Assembly (NCBI GenBank): GCA_963814375.1
Contig: CAWFCQ010000004.1
Location: 64,001-128,000 of the forward strand
DNA length: 64,000 nucleotides
From: an uncultured Chloroflexia bacterium
GTDB lineage: Bacteria; Chloroflexota; Limnocylindria; QHBO01
Direction: 5' to 3'
The position numbers and the translations under genes are program-made. The notes under the pieces were generated by a model that was not told where the DNA came from, did no database searches, and was given only the letters and a program-made list of their open reading frames with translations. The stretch's first letter is position 1. Every line of letters starts with the position of its first letter. This document shows positions 1-11,223 of this stretch, in pieces.

Positions 1-387
1 CCGGACCGCGGGCCGCGCGTCGAGCAGAAGTTGCTGCACCTGCTGGCCAACGTCCAGGCCGACGGCTCGCATCCGCTGGCCGAGGTCATCAGCGCCACCC
101 TGCCGCAGCTGCGCCGCGGCGTGACCCTGTGCATCATCACCGGCTCGACCGACCGCACCTGGGTGCGCGGGCTCGCCGCCCTCCGCAGGCGCGGCGTGGC
201 GGCTCTCGTCATCCTCCTCGACCGCGCCTCGTACATCGGCGTCGATCCCGACGACCACTCGCGCGCCGAGCTGGCGGCGGTCCGCCACGCGCTGGCCGAG
301 TACGACATCGAGCATCGCCTGGTGCGCCGCGGCGACGACATCGCCGACGCCATCGGCGGCCGCGTCCGGATGCGCGCCAGTGCCTGA
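1..387 (+). CDS. DUF58 family (vWA-like) protein, C-terminal part (5' truncated by window)
   Basis: Open frame from base 1; hydrophobic strand 'TLCIITGS' of a vWA-like fold; directly upstream of a transglutaminase gene, as in MoxR-DUF58-TGase operons. Confidence 0.7.
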   Translation, partial: PDRGPRVEQKLLHLLANVQADGSHPLAEVISATLPQLRRGVTLCIITGSTDRTWVRGLAALRRRGVAALVILLDRASYIGVDPDDHSRAELAAVRHALAEYDIEHRLVRRGDDIADAIGGRVRMRASA

Positions 388-2701
388 CCTGCGCGAGCGC
401 TTCCTGTACCCGCGCGCCGGCTGGCTGAGCCTCGGCCTGCTCGTGATCATGGCCCTGGCCGTGGCGTGGTCGGTGCAGGCCGCGCGATTGATCGAGCAGA
501 TGGAATTCCTGGCGCCGCTCGCCGTCTGGGCGGTGCTGCTCGGGGCTCTCCTCGGCATGCTGCGGCTCAGCATCGTAATCACCCTGCCCCTCGGCGCCGT
601 CGCCGGTGCGGCGCTCGTGCTGTGGTCCGTCGGCGGGGAATATTTCACCGAGCTCGAGCAGGGCGGTCGCCTGCTCGCCCTGCGGACGGACCTCCTCGAC
701 TGGTTCGTGATCGTCGTGCGCATCGGCTATCCGCCGCAGATGGCCCCGTATGCCATCGGCCTCGGCGTCCTCATGTTCGCGACCGCCTTCGCGGCCGCGT
801 ACGCGGTCTACCGCCACCACCGCGTCCTCGACGCCATCCTGCTCCTGGGCGCCGCGGTCATCATCAACATGTCGGCGATCGACGCCGACAACTTCGGGCA
901 GCTCCTCCTCTTCGTGGTCGCCGCCCTGCTGCTCTGGCTGCGCGCCTCGCTGGTCGACCGCCAGGACGGATGGCAGCGCCGTCGGGTGAACGAGAACCTG
1001 GAGGTGCCAGCGGCGATCATGCGCTCCGGCGTGCTCTTCGCCGGCGCGAGCGTGGCCCTGGCCTGGATCCTGACCACCGTTGCCGTCGCGGCACCCCTGA
1101 CCGACGCATGGCGCAGCCTCGACGGAGCGTGGACCGGCGTCCGCGATCAGTTCGAGGGCGTCTTCGGCAGCCTCACCAACCCACAGTCGCGCATCAGCGG
1201 CAATACGTTCGGGCCATCCTTCGTGGTCCAGGGCGAGTGGGTGAGCGTCGACGCCGAGGCCATGGTCGTCGCCGCCCCGCGTCCTCTCTACATGCGGACG
1301 GTGACGCACGACACGTACACCGGGCGTGGCTGGGACACGCTCCGACCATTCGAGCGCCGGCCAGTTGCCGCCGGTGATGAAGTCTTCGCGGAGCCGACCA
1401 CCGAGCGCCCCCTCGTCGCCGCGGCGGTCGAGGTCGCGCTCATCCAGGTCGAGATGCGCAAGACGATCGGCCGCAACCTCTTCACCGCCGGCTCGCCGCT
1501 GTACGTTTACGCGCCGAGCGTCGTGGTCGAGCCGAACGGCGAGCCGCTGCTCGCGGGAATCGAGCACCCCAACCCGCTGGGCACCGGCGAGTCGTACGAG
1601 CTGGAGGTCGCTATCTCCACGGCTACCGAGGCGGAGCTGAGCGCCGCGCCAGCCGAGTACCCGCGAGAGGTGGCCGCGCTGTACCTCGACACAACGCGGG
1701 TGACCGATCGAGTCGCGGAGCTGGCGGCGCAGGTGACGGCGGGCGCGACCTCCCAGTACCAGCGCGCGAAGATGCTGGCCGACTTCCTCTCGCGCGACGC
1801 GAGCTTCAGCTATGCCACCCAGGCGCCGCTGCCGCCCGTCGGCCAGGACCTCGTCGACTTCTTCCTCTTCGATCCTGCGTCGAACCGTACCGGGTTCTGC
1901 CAGCACTTCGCCAGTGCCATGGCGATCATGGCCCGCTCGGTGGGGCTGCCCGCCAGGGTCGCGGTCGGCTTCGCGCCGGGTGAACGCATCGCCGACGACA
2001 CGTATCTCGTCCGCGACGCGAACGCCCACGCCTGGGTGGAGATCTACTTCCCCGGCTACGGGTGGCAGATCTTCGAGGCCACGAAGTCGATCGACTCGGG
2101 CTTCGCCCGCGCGACGGGGGACCCGGCAACGGCTCTCCCGCCCCAGCTGCTGCCCGGAATCGACCCACTGCTGGACGGCGAGGTGCGACGACAGCGCGGA
2201 GCGGGGACCAACGTCAGCGTCCTGCCGTCGCCTGATCTCGTCGAGGGAGCGGTCGACCCATCGAACCCGAACGCCGGGCCGACCGAGAGCGACGAGGGCT
2301 CGAGGACGCGCAACGCAGTGCTCATCGGAGTCCTGGCGGTCGTCGCCGGCGTTGTCATCTGGATGCGGATGCGGGCCACACAACGGCGCTGGCGGCTCCT
2401 GCCCGCCGGAGACCGAGCATGGCGCCAGCTCACTGCCGCCGCCGGCCGTGCCGGGGTGGGTCCACGTCCCTCCGAGACGATCTACGAGTACGCCGGCTGG
2501 CTGGAGGAACAGCTGCCGGCCCATTCCGAGCCGATCCGGACCGTTGCCGACGGCAAGGTCTGGCAGGCCTATTCGGGACGACGGATGACGCGAACCATGG
2601 CCGAGAAGCTCCAGGCCGCCCTCGGCAAGCTGCGGCTTCCGCTGGTCGGCCTCGCCATCCGGCGGCGGTTCGGCCGCGAGGGCCGCGACCGCCGTTCCTA
2701 G
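380..2701 (+). CDS. Membrane transglutaminase-like protein (TgpA-like)
   Basis: Multiple N-terminal TM helices; catalytic motifs GFCQHFASAM and AHAWVEIYFPGYGW; C-terminal TM. Confidence 0.9.
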   Translation: MPDLRERFLYPRAGWLSLGLLVIMALAVAWSVQAARLIEQMEFLAPLAVWAVLLGALLGMLRLSIVITLPLGAVAGAALVLWSVGGEYFTELEQGGRLLALRTDLLDWFVIVVRIGYPPQMAPYAIGLGVLMFATAFAAAYAVYRHHRVLDAILLLGAAVIINMSAIDADNFGQLLLFVVAALLLWLRASLVDRQDGWQRRRVNENLEVPAAIMRSGVLFAGASVALAWILTTVAVAAPLTDAWRSLDGAWTGVRDQFEGVFGSLTNPQSRISGNTFGPSFVVQGEWVSVDAEAMVVAAPRPLYMRTVTHDTYTGRGWDTLRPFERRPVAAGDEVFAEPTTERPLVAAAVEVALIQVEMRKTIGRNLFTAGSPLYVYAPSVVVEPNGEPLLAGIEHPNPLGTGESYELEVAISTATEAELSAAPAEYPREVAALYLDTTRVTDRVAELAAQVTAGATSQYQRAKMLADFLSRDASFSYATQAPLPPVGQDLVDFFLFDPASNRTGFCQHFASAMAIMARSVGLPARVAVGFAPGERIADDTYLVRDANAHAWVEIYFPGYGWQIFEATKSIDSGFARATGDPATALPPQLLPGIDPLLDGEVRRQRGAGTNVSVLPSPDLVEGAVDPSNPNAGPTESDEGSRTRNAVLIGVLAVVAGVVIWMRMRATQRRWRLLPAGDRAWRQLTAAAGRAGVGPRPSETIYEYAGWLEEQLPAHSEPIRTVADGKVWQAYSGRRMTRTMAEKLQAALGKLRLPLVGLAIRRRFGREGRDRRS

Positions 2702-3366
2702 AGCGCCAGCGGCCGTCCCTCCGACTCGTCAACGTGCGTGGGCTCCTGGCCGAGCAGGTGGAGCGTGTCGTTCCACCGGTCGAGCCGCCACCCGTTCTCG
2801 ACCCGCGTGGCCACCGAGATCGACGCGTTGTCGACGTCGAGCGCCCGGGTGCTGCCGCCGTTCAGGTCGAGCACGAGGTGCGCCAGGATGCGCAGCGTCC
2901 CGCCGTGACTGACCAGGCACACCGGCCAGCCTTCCGCGGCGTCGATAGTCGTCAGCAGGTCGGCCACCCGGCGGGTCGCCGCCTCGATCGGCTCACCGCC
3001 CGGCGGCTGTCGGATGCCCGATGCGCTGCGCCAGGCGAGGTACCGGTCCGCGTCCTCGGCCTCCAGCTCGGCGTGCGTGCGACCCTCCCACTCTCCCTGT
3101 CCGATCTCGATCAGCCGTGGATCCGCCTCGACTTCGACCCCGGTCGCGGCGCCGATCCCATCCGCGGTCTCCAGCGCTCGCCGAAGGCTCGACGAGACGA
3201 TCCGGGCGGGGCGCATCTCGGGATCGGTCGCGATGCGGTCGCCGGCGAGAAGCGCCTCGTGGCGACCAGCGTCCGATAGAGGCGGGTCGAGATGGCCCTG
3301 GAAGCGGCCCTCGCGGTTCCAGTCGGTGACGCCGTGACGGACGAGGATGAGCCGCCGATCGGTCAC
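2698..3366 (-). CDS. Histidine phosphatase / phosphoglycerate mutase family
   Basis: LVRHGVTDWN...QG, SSSLRRALETA, LIEIGQGEWEG, VSHGG motifs; GTG start overlaps the upstream stop (GTGA). Confidence 0.92.
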   Translation of the reverse strand: MTDRRLILVRHGVTDWNREGRFQGHLDPPLSDAGRHEALLAGDRIATDPEMRPARIVSSSLRRALETADGIGAATGVEVEADPRLIEIGQGEWEGRTHAELEAEDADRYLAWRSASGIRQPPGGEPIEAATRRVADLLTTIDAAEGWPVCLVSHGGTLRILAHLVLDLNGGSTRALDVDNASISVATRVENGWRLDRWNDTLHLLGQEPTHVDESEGRPLAL

Positions 3367-4529
3367 CGGCTGGCGAGTGTCGCCGTGAAGCTGGCCTCGT
3401 TCGCCTCTCGTGTGGCGGCCGCCGCGGCCGTCGGATCGGTCGCGTGGCCGAACTCGACCAGGGTCGCGCCCATCGTGTCGATGGCTTCCGCCATCTCGTC
3501 GATCCCCACGTCGCCCATGTGCCCGAAGCGCAGGATCTTGCCGATCCACTTGCCCTGCCCACCGGCGATGACGAGGCCCCTGGCGCGCATGGCGGCGTTG
3601 AACGGCGCCCAGTCGACGCCGTCGGGCACCCAGGCCGCGGTCACCGTGGCCGATCGATCGGCCGGCGCGGCCACGAGGCGCAGGCCGAGCGCCTCCATTC
3701 CGGCCGCGACCGCCGAAGCCATCGCCGCGTGGCGCTTCCAGGTGAGCTCGCGGCCCTCGGCCATGAGAGCCCGGACACCGACGCGCAGCCCATACAGCAC
3801 CGCGATCGCTGGTGTCCACGGCGTCTGGCCCTTCCCGGCCCACTCGCGGGCCTCGCCGAGATCCCAGTAGAACCGGGGCATGCGTGCGGTCTTGGTCGCC
3901 TCCCAGGCACGCTCCGAGAGGGCGGCGATCGCGATCCCCGGCGAAGCGTTCCATGCCTTCTGGCTGGCGCTGACGACGAGGTCCACGCCCATCTCGCCCA
4001 TGTCGAAGGGGATGGCACCCAGGCCGCTGATCCCGTCGACCAGCGTGAGTGGCTGCCCCGGCGCCTCGCGCACGGCGCGCACGAGATCCTCAAGCGGGTT
4101 GACGACGCCGGTCGACGTCTCGTTGTGGGTCAGCAGGACCGCCCGGTACGGTTCGGACCGCGCCAGGTGCTCAGCCAGCACATCGGGGCTCGCGCTCGTG
4201 CCCCACTCGGCGGCAACGGTGGTGACATCCGCACCGAAGACCGTGGCGATGTTCGCGAAGCGGTCCCCGAAGGCGCCGATGTTCACCGACAGCACCCGGT
4301 CGCCGGGCGATAGCGTGTTCACCACGGCCGCCTCGAGGGCGCCGGATCCCGATCCGGTCAGGAGCAGCGCGCCCTCGGGAGCACCGATCAGCTCGCCGAT
4401 GCCCGTCGAGATCTCGCCGAGCATCTCGCCGAACTCGCTGCCGCGGTGGTCGACCATCTGCTGCGCCTGCGCCTCGCGGACGGCGGGCGGGATGGGGATC
4501 GGGCCGGGTGTCCGCAGATTCTGATCCAT
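3363..4529 (-). CDS. Class V PLP aminotransferase (alanine-glyoxylate/serine-pyruvate family)
   Basis: TPGP, HNETSTGV, DGISG, SASQKAW (PLP lysine), RFGHMG. Confidence 0.92.
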   Translation of the reverse strand: MDQNLRTPGPIPIPPAVREAQAQQMVDHRGSEFGEMLGEISTGIGELIGAPEGALLLTGSGSGALEAAVVNTLSPGDRVLSVNIGAFGDRFANIATVFGADVTTVAAEWGTSASPDVLAEHLARSEPYRAVLLTHNETSTGVVNPLEDLVRAVREAPGQPLTLVDGISGLGAIPFDMGEMGVDLVVSASQKAWNASPGIAIAALSERAWEATKTARMPRFYWDLGEAREWAGKGQTPWTPAIAVLYGLRVGVRALMAEGRELTWKRHAAMASAVAAGMEALGLRLVAAPADRSATVTAAWVPDGVDWAPFNAAMRARGLVIAGGQGKWIGKILRFGHMGDVGIDEMAEAIDTMGATLVEFGHATDPTAAAAATREANEASFTATLASR

Positions 4530-4563
4530 GGCCGGCATCATAATCGGCGCATGGAGCAGACCG

Positions 4564-5918
<1,355 letters not shown>

Positions 5919-5922
<4 letters not shown>

Positions 5923-6262
5923 CCGACGATCCCCGTGGCGGTGAAGACGAACCAGGCCAGGAACAGCAGCCCGAACATCGCGGCGGTCAGGATCGCGATG
6001 TTGCGCAGATCCCGCTCCACGTAGTGATAGTCGGCGCGCTCGCGATCGGTCAGCGTTGAGCCCGCACCGGCGCCCGCGCCGACCGTCGCTCGCGCGACCC
6101 GTCGGGAAGCGGGCTGGCAGCCGCCTCGACCTCGTCCACCGTGACGGCGGAGGTCACGGCGGAAGTCGCCGCAGCGGCCTCGGCGCCGGCCGTCGAAACG
6201 GGGCGCTGGGTGCGGCGCTGGCGGGCCTTGCGGCTGGCGGCCTTGCCTTGTCGTCGGGCCAT
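5919..6262 (-). CDS. Small membrane protein with basic N-terminus and C-terminal TM (apparent frameshift)
   Basis: ATG 6262 with GAGG SD gives MARRQGKAASRKARQRR; another frame gives DYHYVERDLRNIAILTAAMFGLLFLAWFVF..* ending at 5919; 344 nt span is not a multiple of 3. Confidence 0.6.
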
Positions 6263-6343
6263 CGGTTCCTCGTTGCTGGGCGGGTGCGTGGCACGTCGCG
6301 ATCGGGTCGACGACCGCGGGGCGGCTATGATACCGCCGTTTTC

Positions 6344-6853
6344 ATGGCCGATCTGAACGAGCTCCTGTCCGAGAACCTGGCCATCGCCTTCGGCGTGCTC
6401 GCGGCCCTCGTGATCCTCCTCCTCATCGTCGTCGTGGTCCAGAGCGCGCGCCTGAGCCGTGCCATGCGCTCGTACCGCGAGCTCGTGCGCGACGGCGAGA
6501 CGGGCTCGCTCCACGACCGCCTGGTGGGATCGGCGGAGCAGGCCGTCCGCGCATCGGAGCGGATGGGTGAGATCGAGTCGGTTCAGGGCATCCTCGAGCA
6601 GCGCAGCGTGCGGAGCCTCCAGCACATCGGCCTCGTGCGCTTCAACCCGTTCGACGACACCGGCGGAGACCAGAGCTTCGCGATCGCGCTTCTCAACGAC
6701 GCACGCGACGGGGTCGTCGTCAGCTCGCTCCACGGCCGCGCCAACACGCGTGTCTTTGCGAAGCCGGTAGAAAACGGGGATTCGTCGCACAACCTCTCGG
6801 ACGAGGAGACGCAGGCGATCCGGATCGCGCTCGAGGGGACGCAGGGCGGGTGA
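6344..6853 (+). CDS. DUF4446 family membrane-anchored protein
   Basis: N-terminal TM and coiled coil; GLVRFNPFDDTGGDQSFAIALL...SLHGR...VFAKPV...LSDEE signature. Confidence 0.9.
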   Translation: MADLNELLSENLAIAFGVLAALVILLLIVVVVQSARLSRAMRSYRELVRDGETGSLHDRLVGSAEQAVRASERMGEIESVQGILEQRSVRSLQHIGLVRFNPFDDTGGDQSFAIALLNDARDGVVVSSLHGRANTRVFAKPVENGDSSHNLSDEETQAIRIALEGTQGG

Positions 6854-7531
6854 CGATCGGGGCGATCGACCCCGAGCAGCGACGCGTGGCCGAGCGGCTC
6901 GTCCTGGCAGCGCTGCGCCGCTTCCATAAGGAGCAGCCGCTCTCCGCCGACCTTCGAATGGACGCGCTCGTCACACGCGTGCGCTCGGCCGCCGGGCGCA
7001 AGCCACCGCCTCGCCACCGCGGCTCGACCCCGCTCACCCTCGAGGACGCCGAGCTTCGACGCGTCATCGAGGAGATGGCCGATGACGGCCGCCTCGCCCG
7101 CCACGGTCGCCGAATCGGCCTGCGGGAGGCGCGTCCCGAGCCTCGATCCCGAGATGGCGGAGCGGGTCGACCGGCTGCTCGAGGGTCTCCGGTCCGCCGG
7201 TGCCGAACCCCCGCGCGTGGACGGCCTCGCGGCACGGCTCGGGATCACGCCGCCCGTGATCGACCAGCTGCGCGCCGGCGGGGTGCTGCGCCAGATCGCG
7301 CCAGGGATCGACTACCCGGCCGATGTGTGGTCCGCCCTCAGCGCCCGGGTCGCCGACATGTCCGGACCGATCTCGGTGGGGCGCCTGCGGGACGCGCTCC
7401 ACACCAGCCGTCGCCACGCCGAGGCGATCCTGGGGGCCCTCGCGAGCGACCCCGCTACGCGAAGCCGAGGCGCACCAGGGCGGCGTCGGCCGGCGGGCAC
7501 CCGTCGTCCGCGGCCAGCCTCGCCTCCCTGA
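6850..7531 (+). CDS. Stand-alone SelB C-terminal winged-helix domain protein (frameshift near 7135)
   Basis: LRRFHKEQPL, AEPPRV, LRAGGVLRQI, ISVGRLRDALHTSRRHAEAIL resemble SelB WH domains; no GTPase domain; removing one C from CGTCCCGAG joins the two frames. Confidence 0.65.
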
Positions 7532-9470
7532 AGGCGGCCGCAGCCGCCCCGCGATCCCCGCGCTCCTCGTGGCGCGAACCGATCGCGAGCATGAGATCGA
7601 CGAATCGAGCTCGGAGGAGCGCGCGCCGATCCTCGACGTGGGCGCCATCACCGTAGAACGGGCAGTCGTCGAGGTAGTCCCCGCGGTAGAGGCTGCGCGC
7701 CTCGGTCAGCGCCGCCAAGGCGGCGGCCGGATCGGCGGCGCCGAAGGCATCGGTGAGGCGCTGCTCGAAGGTGATGACGTCACTCCATGCGACCACCGAT
7801 GGGTCGAGGCGGTATCGGTCATTCGAGAAGCCGATGGCCTTCGATCCCTGCCGCTGGCCACGGCCTGGCTCGATGGTGCGCCGCAGGCCGCCGAGCGTGC
7901 GGTGGAAGGCGAGGTCTGCGCGGTCGAGGTCGACGTCCGGCCAGATGAGCTCGATCGCCTCGTCCTTGGTCACGCCGCGCTCTCCGCGGTCGAAGAGAAA
8001 CGCGAAGAGCGCCTCGGCCTGGCGCGTGCCGGCCTTCTCTCCGCCCCACTGGCGGATGAGCTCGCCTTCGCGTTCGGCACGGAGAGGACCGAGTGCGAAC
8101 ACGTGCAGCCCACCTCGAGCGGCTATGTCCTGTGACGCCTCGAGGGCTCCGTGCAGACGACGCCCGCTGGTGGTGACCGCGGCCCGCTCGCGTGACAGCC
8201 GCTCCAGGTCGCGAGCCTGCTCCGCCTGCCGGGCGCCGAGCTCGAGGCTGGCGGCGAGGTAGCCGGTCGCCATCTCGAGCACCTCGCGCTCCGCCGACGT
8301 GAACGGCAGGCCGGACTCCTTGAGCCCGAATGCGACAGATCCGTAGGTCGTGCGGTCGCGTTCGAGCGAGAGCTCCAAGGTGGGCGAGCCGACGGTCCCG
8401 GTCGAGGCGATCGTCTCGCCTGTCGTGGTCCGCGCCTCGGCGCCGGAGAGGCCCATCGTGCGCGCCAGCTGGCCAAGCGCCGGCTCGATGGCGTCTTCCG
8501 GCCTCCGCGTCGTCAGCACACCCTCGCCGAGCGCGCGGAGCAGCCGGTCGTACGTCGGGTCGCCCTCGCCGGAGGACAGCCAGAGGCGCACTCGAGCCGC
8601 CACCGGCTCGAAGACGGCGACCGTCGCCACGAGCGCGAGGCCGATGACAATCGGGATATCGATGGCGAGCGCCCGCCGCACGACGCTGTCGAGTCCGAGG
8701 AGGATGCCGACGTAGAGGGTGACGCCAAGACCGGCCAGCACCGAGAGACGGAACGCGCGGCCGGCGATCTCCGGTGGGAAGAAGATGCCCTGCGCAAAGA
8801 CGGCGTAGGAGGCGAGGACGACCGACAGCGTGACGAGCGAGACGCCGATCCACGGGTCGTTGTCCGAGAACGGTGGCGCGATGCGCAGGACGCCGCCGAT
8901 CGTCCCGATGACGAGCGCGAGCAGCGTGACCTGGAGCTGACGCCGGCGGGCTCTGTCAGGGCCGACGTCGCGGATGGCGAGGGCAACCCATGCGATCGCC
9001 GCGCAGAAGATCGCGACGCGAAACGCGATCCATGCCCAGCCCACCACCTCGCCGGAGACGCCGGGGAACGAGAGGTGCGGCGGGGCGACGCGCGGCTCGA
9101 GGTCGGGGGCCACGACGGTGAGCGCGACGACCGCGATCGAGATCGTCCAGAAGCCGACGAGCGAGATCGCCAGCCATCTCGGCGTCAGTCGCTCGACGGT
9201 CAGCGCGGTCGCCACGGTCAGCACCGCCGGTGGCAGGAGCGAGGCGCCGGCGACCTCGAACCACCTCGCCACCTCGTCGACCGCCGGATCGGTCGTGAGC
9301 CGCCGCACGATGATCGACAGCGACCACAGCACCAGCAGCGCGGCAAGCACACCGAAAGCGCGCGCGCCCGCACGGCGTGGCGCCCGCAGGCCGACCGTGA
9401 GGCCGATCCACGTCGCCAGCATCGCCGTCGCGCCGTGCGCGACGACCTCGAGCTGCTCGGGCATGCCCAT
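7455..9470 (-). CDS. Membrane sensor (about 9 TM) + GAF-like + wHTH/BTAD transcriptional regulator
   Basis: Many TM helices; FALGPL...ALFAFL...IELIWPD...LRRTIEP (wHTH); WSDVITFE...LYRGDYLDD (BTAD); TACGGT -10 six nt before ATG 9470. Confidence 0.8.
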   Translation of the reverse strand: MGMPEQLEVVAHGATAMLATWIGLTVGLRAPRRAGARAFGVLAALLVLWSLSIIVRRLTTDPAVDEVARWFEVAGASLLPPAVLTVATALTVERLTPRWLAISLVGFWTISIAVVALTVVAPDLEPRVAPPHLSFPGVSGEVVGWAWIAFRVAIFCAAIAWVALAIRDVGPDRARRRQLQVTLLALVIGTIGGVLRIAPPFSDNDPWIGVSLVTLSVVLASYAVFAQGIFFPPEIAGRAFRLSVLAGLGVTLYVGILLGLDSVVRRALAIDIPIVIGLALVATVAVFEPVAARVRLWLSSGEGDPTYDRLLRALGEGVLTTRRPEDAIEPALGQLARTMGLSGAEARTTTGETIASTGTVGSPTLELSLERDRTTYGSVAFGLKESGLPFTSAEREVLEMATGYLAASLELGARQAEQARDLERLSRERAAVTTSGRRLHGALEASQDIAARGGLHVFALGPLRAEREGELIRQWGGEKAGTRQAEALFAFLFDRGERGVTKDEAIELIWPDVDLDRADLAFHRTLGGLRRTIEPGRGQRQGSKAIGFSNDRYRLDPSVVAWSDVITFEQRLTDAFGAADPAAALAALTEARSLYRGDYLDDCPFYGDGAHVEDRRALLRARFVDLMLAIGSRHEERGDRGAAAAAFREARLAADDGCPPADAALVRLGFA

Positions 9471-9509
9471 CGGCGCACCGTACTCGTCGGTCGCCGGCGC
9501 GACAAGGCA

Positions 9510-9526
9510 CCGCAGTCGTGCCGCAG
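9510..9526. promoter_or_regulatory. Direct repeat CCGCAG-N5-CCGCAG (11-bp period), candidate SARP/BTAD operator
   Basis: CCGCAG at 9510 and 9521 in the divergent intergenic region. Confidence 0.35.
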
Positions 9527-9594
9527 AGGCCCGATGCGAAGGTCCGGTCACGCAGCGCCCACCGAGCGGAGGGCGGCGAAGCAGGAGACGACCG

Positions 9595-11150
9595 ATGATG
9601 ACCGTCACCGAGGTTCCGGCAAGAACGACCGCCATCCCGCGCCGCCTGCGCATCGGCAACGTGGTGCTTGCCATGGTGGATGTCGTTCTGCGAGTCGTTG
9701 CCCAGCGATTCGGAACCATGCGCTGGACCCTGGAGCGGACACCGCCGGCATGGTCAACCGCCCTCTCCCATGCGAGAGCGCTGCGGACCGCTCGCGAGGC
9801 GGCCCGTCGGGTGCCGGCCTACCGCGACCATCTGGAGCGTTATGGGATCGACCCCACTCGAATCGGCAGCCTCGACGAGCTGCCCGAGACCGACAAGGGG
9901 TCATACATCGATCCGAATCCATTGCCGTCGCGCTGCCTTGATGGCCGGCTCCCGCTGGTCGGAACGACGATCGACGAGTCGTCCGGCTCGACCGGGACGC
10001 CGTACAACTGGGTGCGCGGCGCAGCGGAGCGGGACCACGTGCGGCGTATGATCGGCTTCTTCGCGCGCTACTCGTTCGGGCCAGAGCCGCTCGTCGTGCT
10101 GAACGCCTTTTCCATGGGCGCGTGGGCGACGGGGATGACCACGGCCATCGCCCTCGAGCGCAACGGCCTGGTCAAGGCCACCGGCCCGCATGTCGACAAG
10201 ATCATCGGCACCATGCGCCAGCTCGGCCCGAGCTATCGGTACCTGATCGTCGGCTACCCGCCGTTTCTCAAGCTGCTCCTCGACGAGGGGGACGCGCGCG
10301 GCTTCGAATGGAGCGCGTACACGATGCACGCCCTGCTCGGCGGAGAGGGCAACTCAGAGGGCCTCCGCGATTACCTCCTGCGTCGGTTCCGCAGCGTGGT
10401 GTCGGGCTACGGTGCGACCGACGTCGAGATCGGTCTAGCCGCCGAGACGCCCGTCACCGTGGCCCTGCGGCGCCTGGCCCTGGAGCGGAGGGAGATCGCG
10501 GAGGCCCTCTTCGGTGACGCTGACCGTGTGCCGATGGTGTTCCAGTACAACCCGATGCTCCACCACGTCGAGACGAACGCCCGAGGCGAGCTGCTCTTCA
10601 CCGTCTGCCGTTCAGGGACGCTGTCCCCCAAGGTCCGATACAACGTCCACGACGAGGGCGGCGTCCTGCGCGACGACGAGCTCCGTCGACGGCTCGCTCC
10701 GTTCGGGATCACGCCCGAGTCGCTGGCTCCCGCCGGCTTCGGTCGCCTCGTCCGTATGCCGTACCTGTTCGTCTTCGGACGGGCAGACTCGACGGTCTCG
10801 GTCATGGGCGCGAACATCTATCCCGCCGACGTCGAGGGCGGCATCTACGCCGATTCGGCCCTGGCGGGTCACGTTCGCTCCTTCCGCCTCTCGCTGCTCG
10901 AGGAGCGCCCGGGTGAGACGAGGCCGCTCGTCTCGATCGAGCTCGAGCGCGGGCGAGCCGTCGGAGGAGCTGGCCTCGGCGCTCGCGGCGCAGATCGAGG
11001 CCCACCTGCTGGCAACGAACACCGACTATCGCGAGGCCGTCGGCGAGTACCCCGAGCTCATGGTGCCGGTCGTGCAGGCTGCTTCGCAGCCGAGACAGGG
11101 CCCGTTCGCAGGGAAGTGGCGATCGCATCAAGCATCGGTACGTCGGCTGA
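9595..11150 (+). CDS. Phenylacetate-CoA ligase (PaaK/F390 synthetase)-like adenylate-forming enzyme (several 3' indels)
   Basis: AGGAG SD; VPAYR, ESSGSTGTP, YGATD, RYNVHDEG, GRADSTVSVMGANIYP; C-terminus spread over frames, ending GDRIKHRYVG* at 11150. Confidence 0.8.
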
Positions 11151-11223
11151 GCGCGACACCCGACCTGTCCGGTAAGTCGCCGATAAGCACGGGGTGAATC
11201 GGTCCTCCGTTACCATCGGCGAA

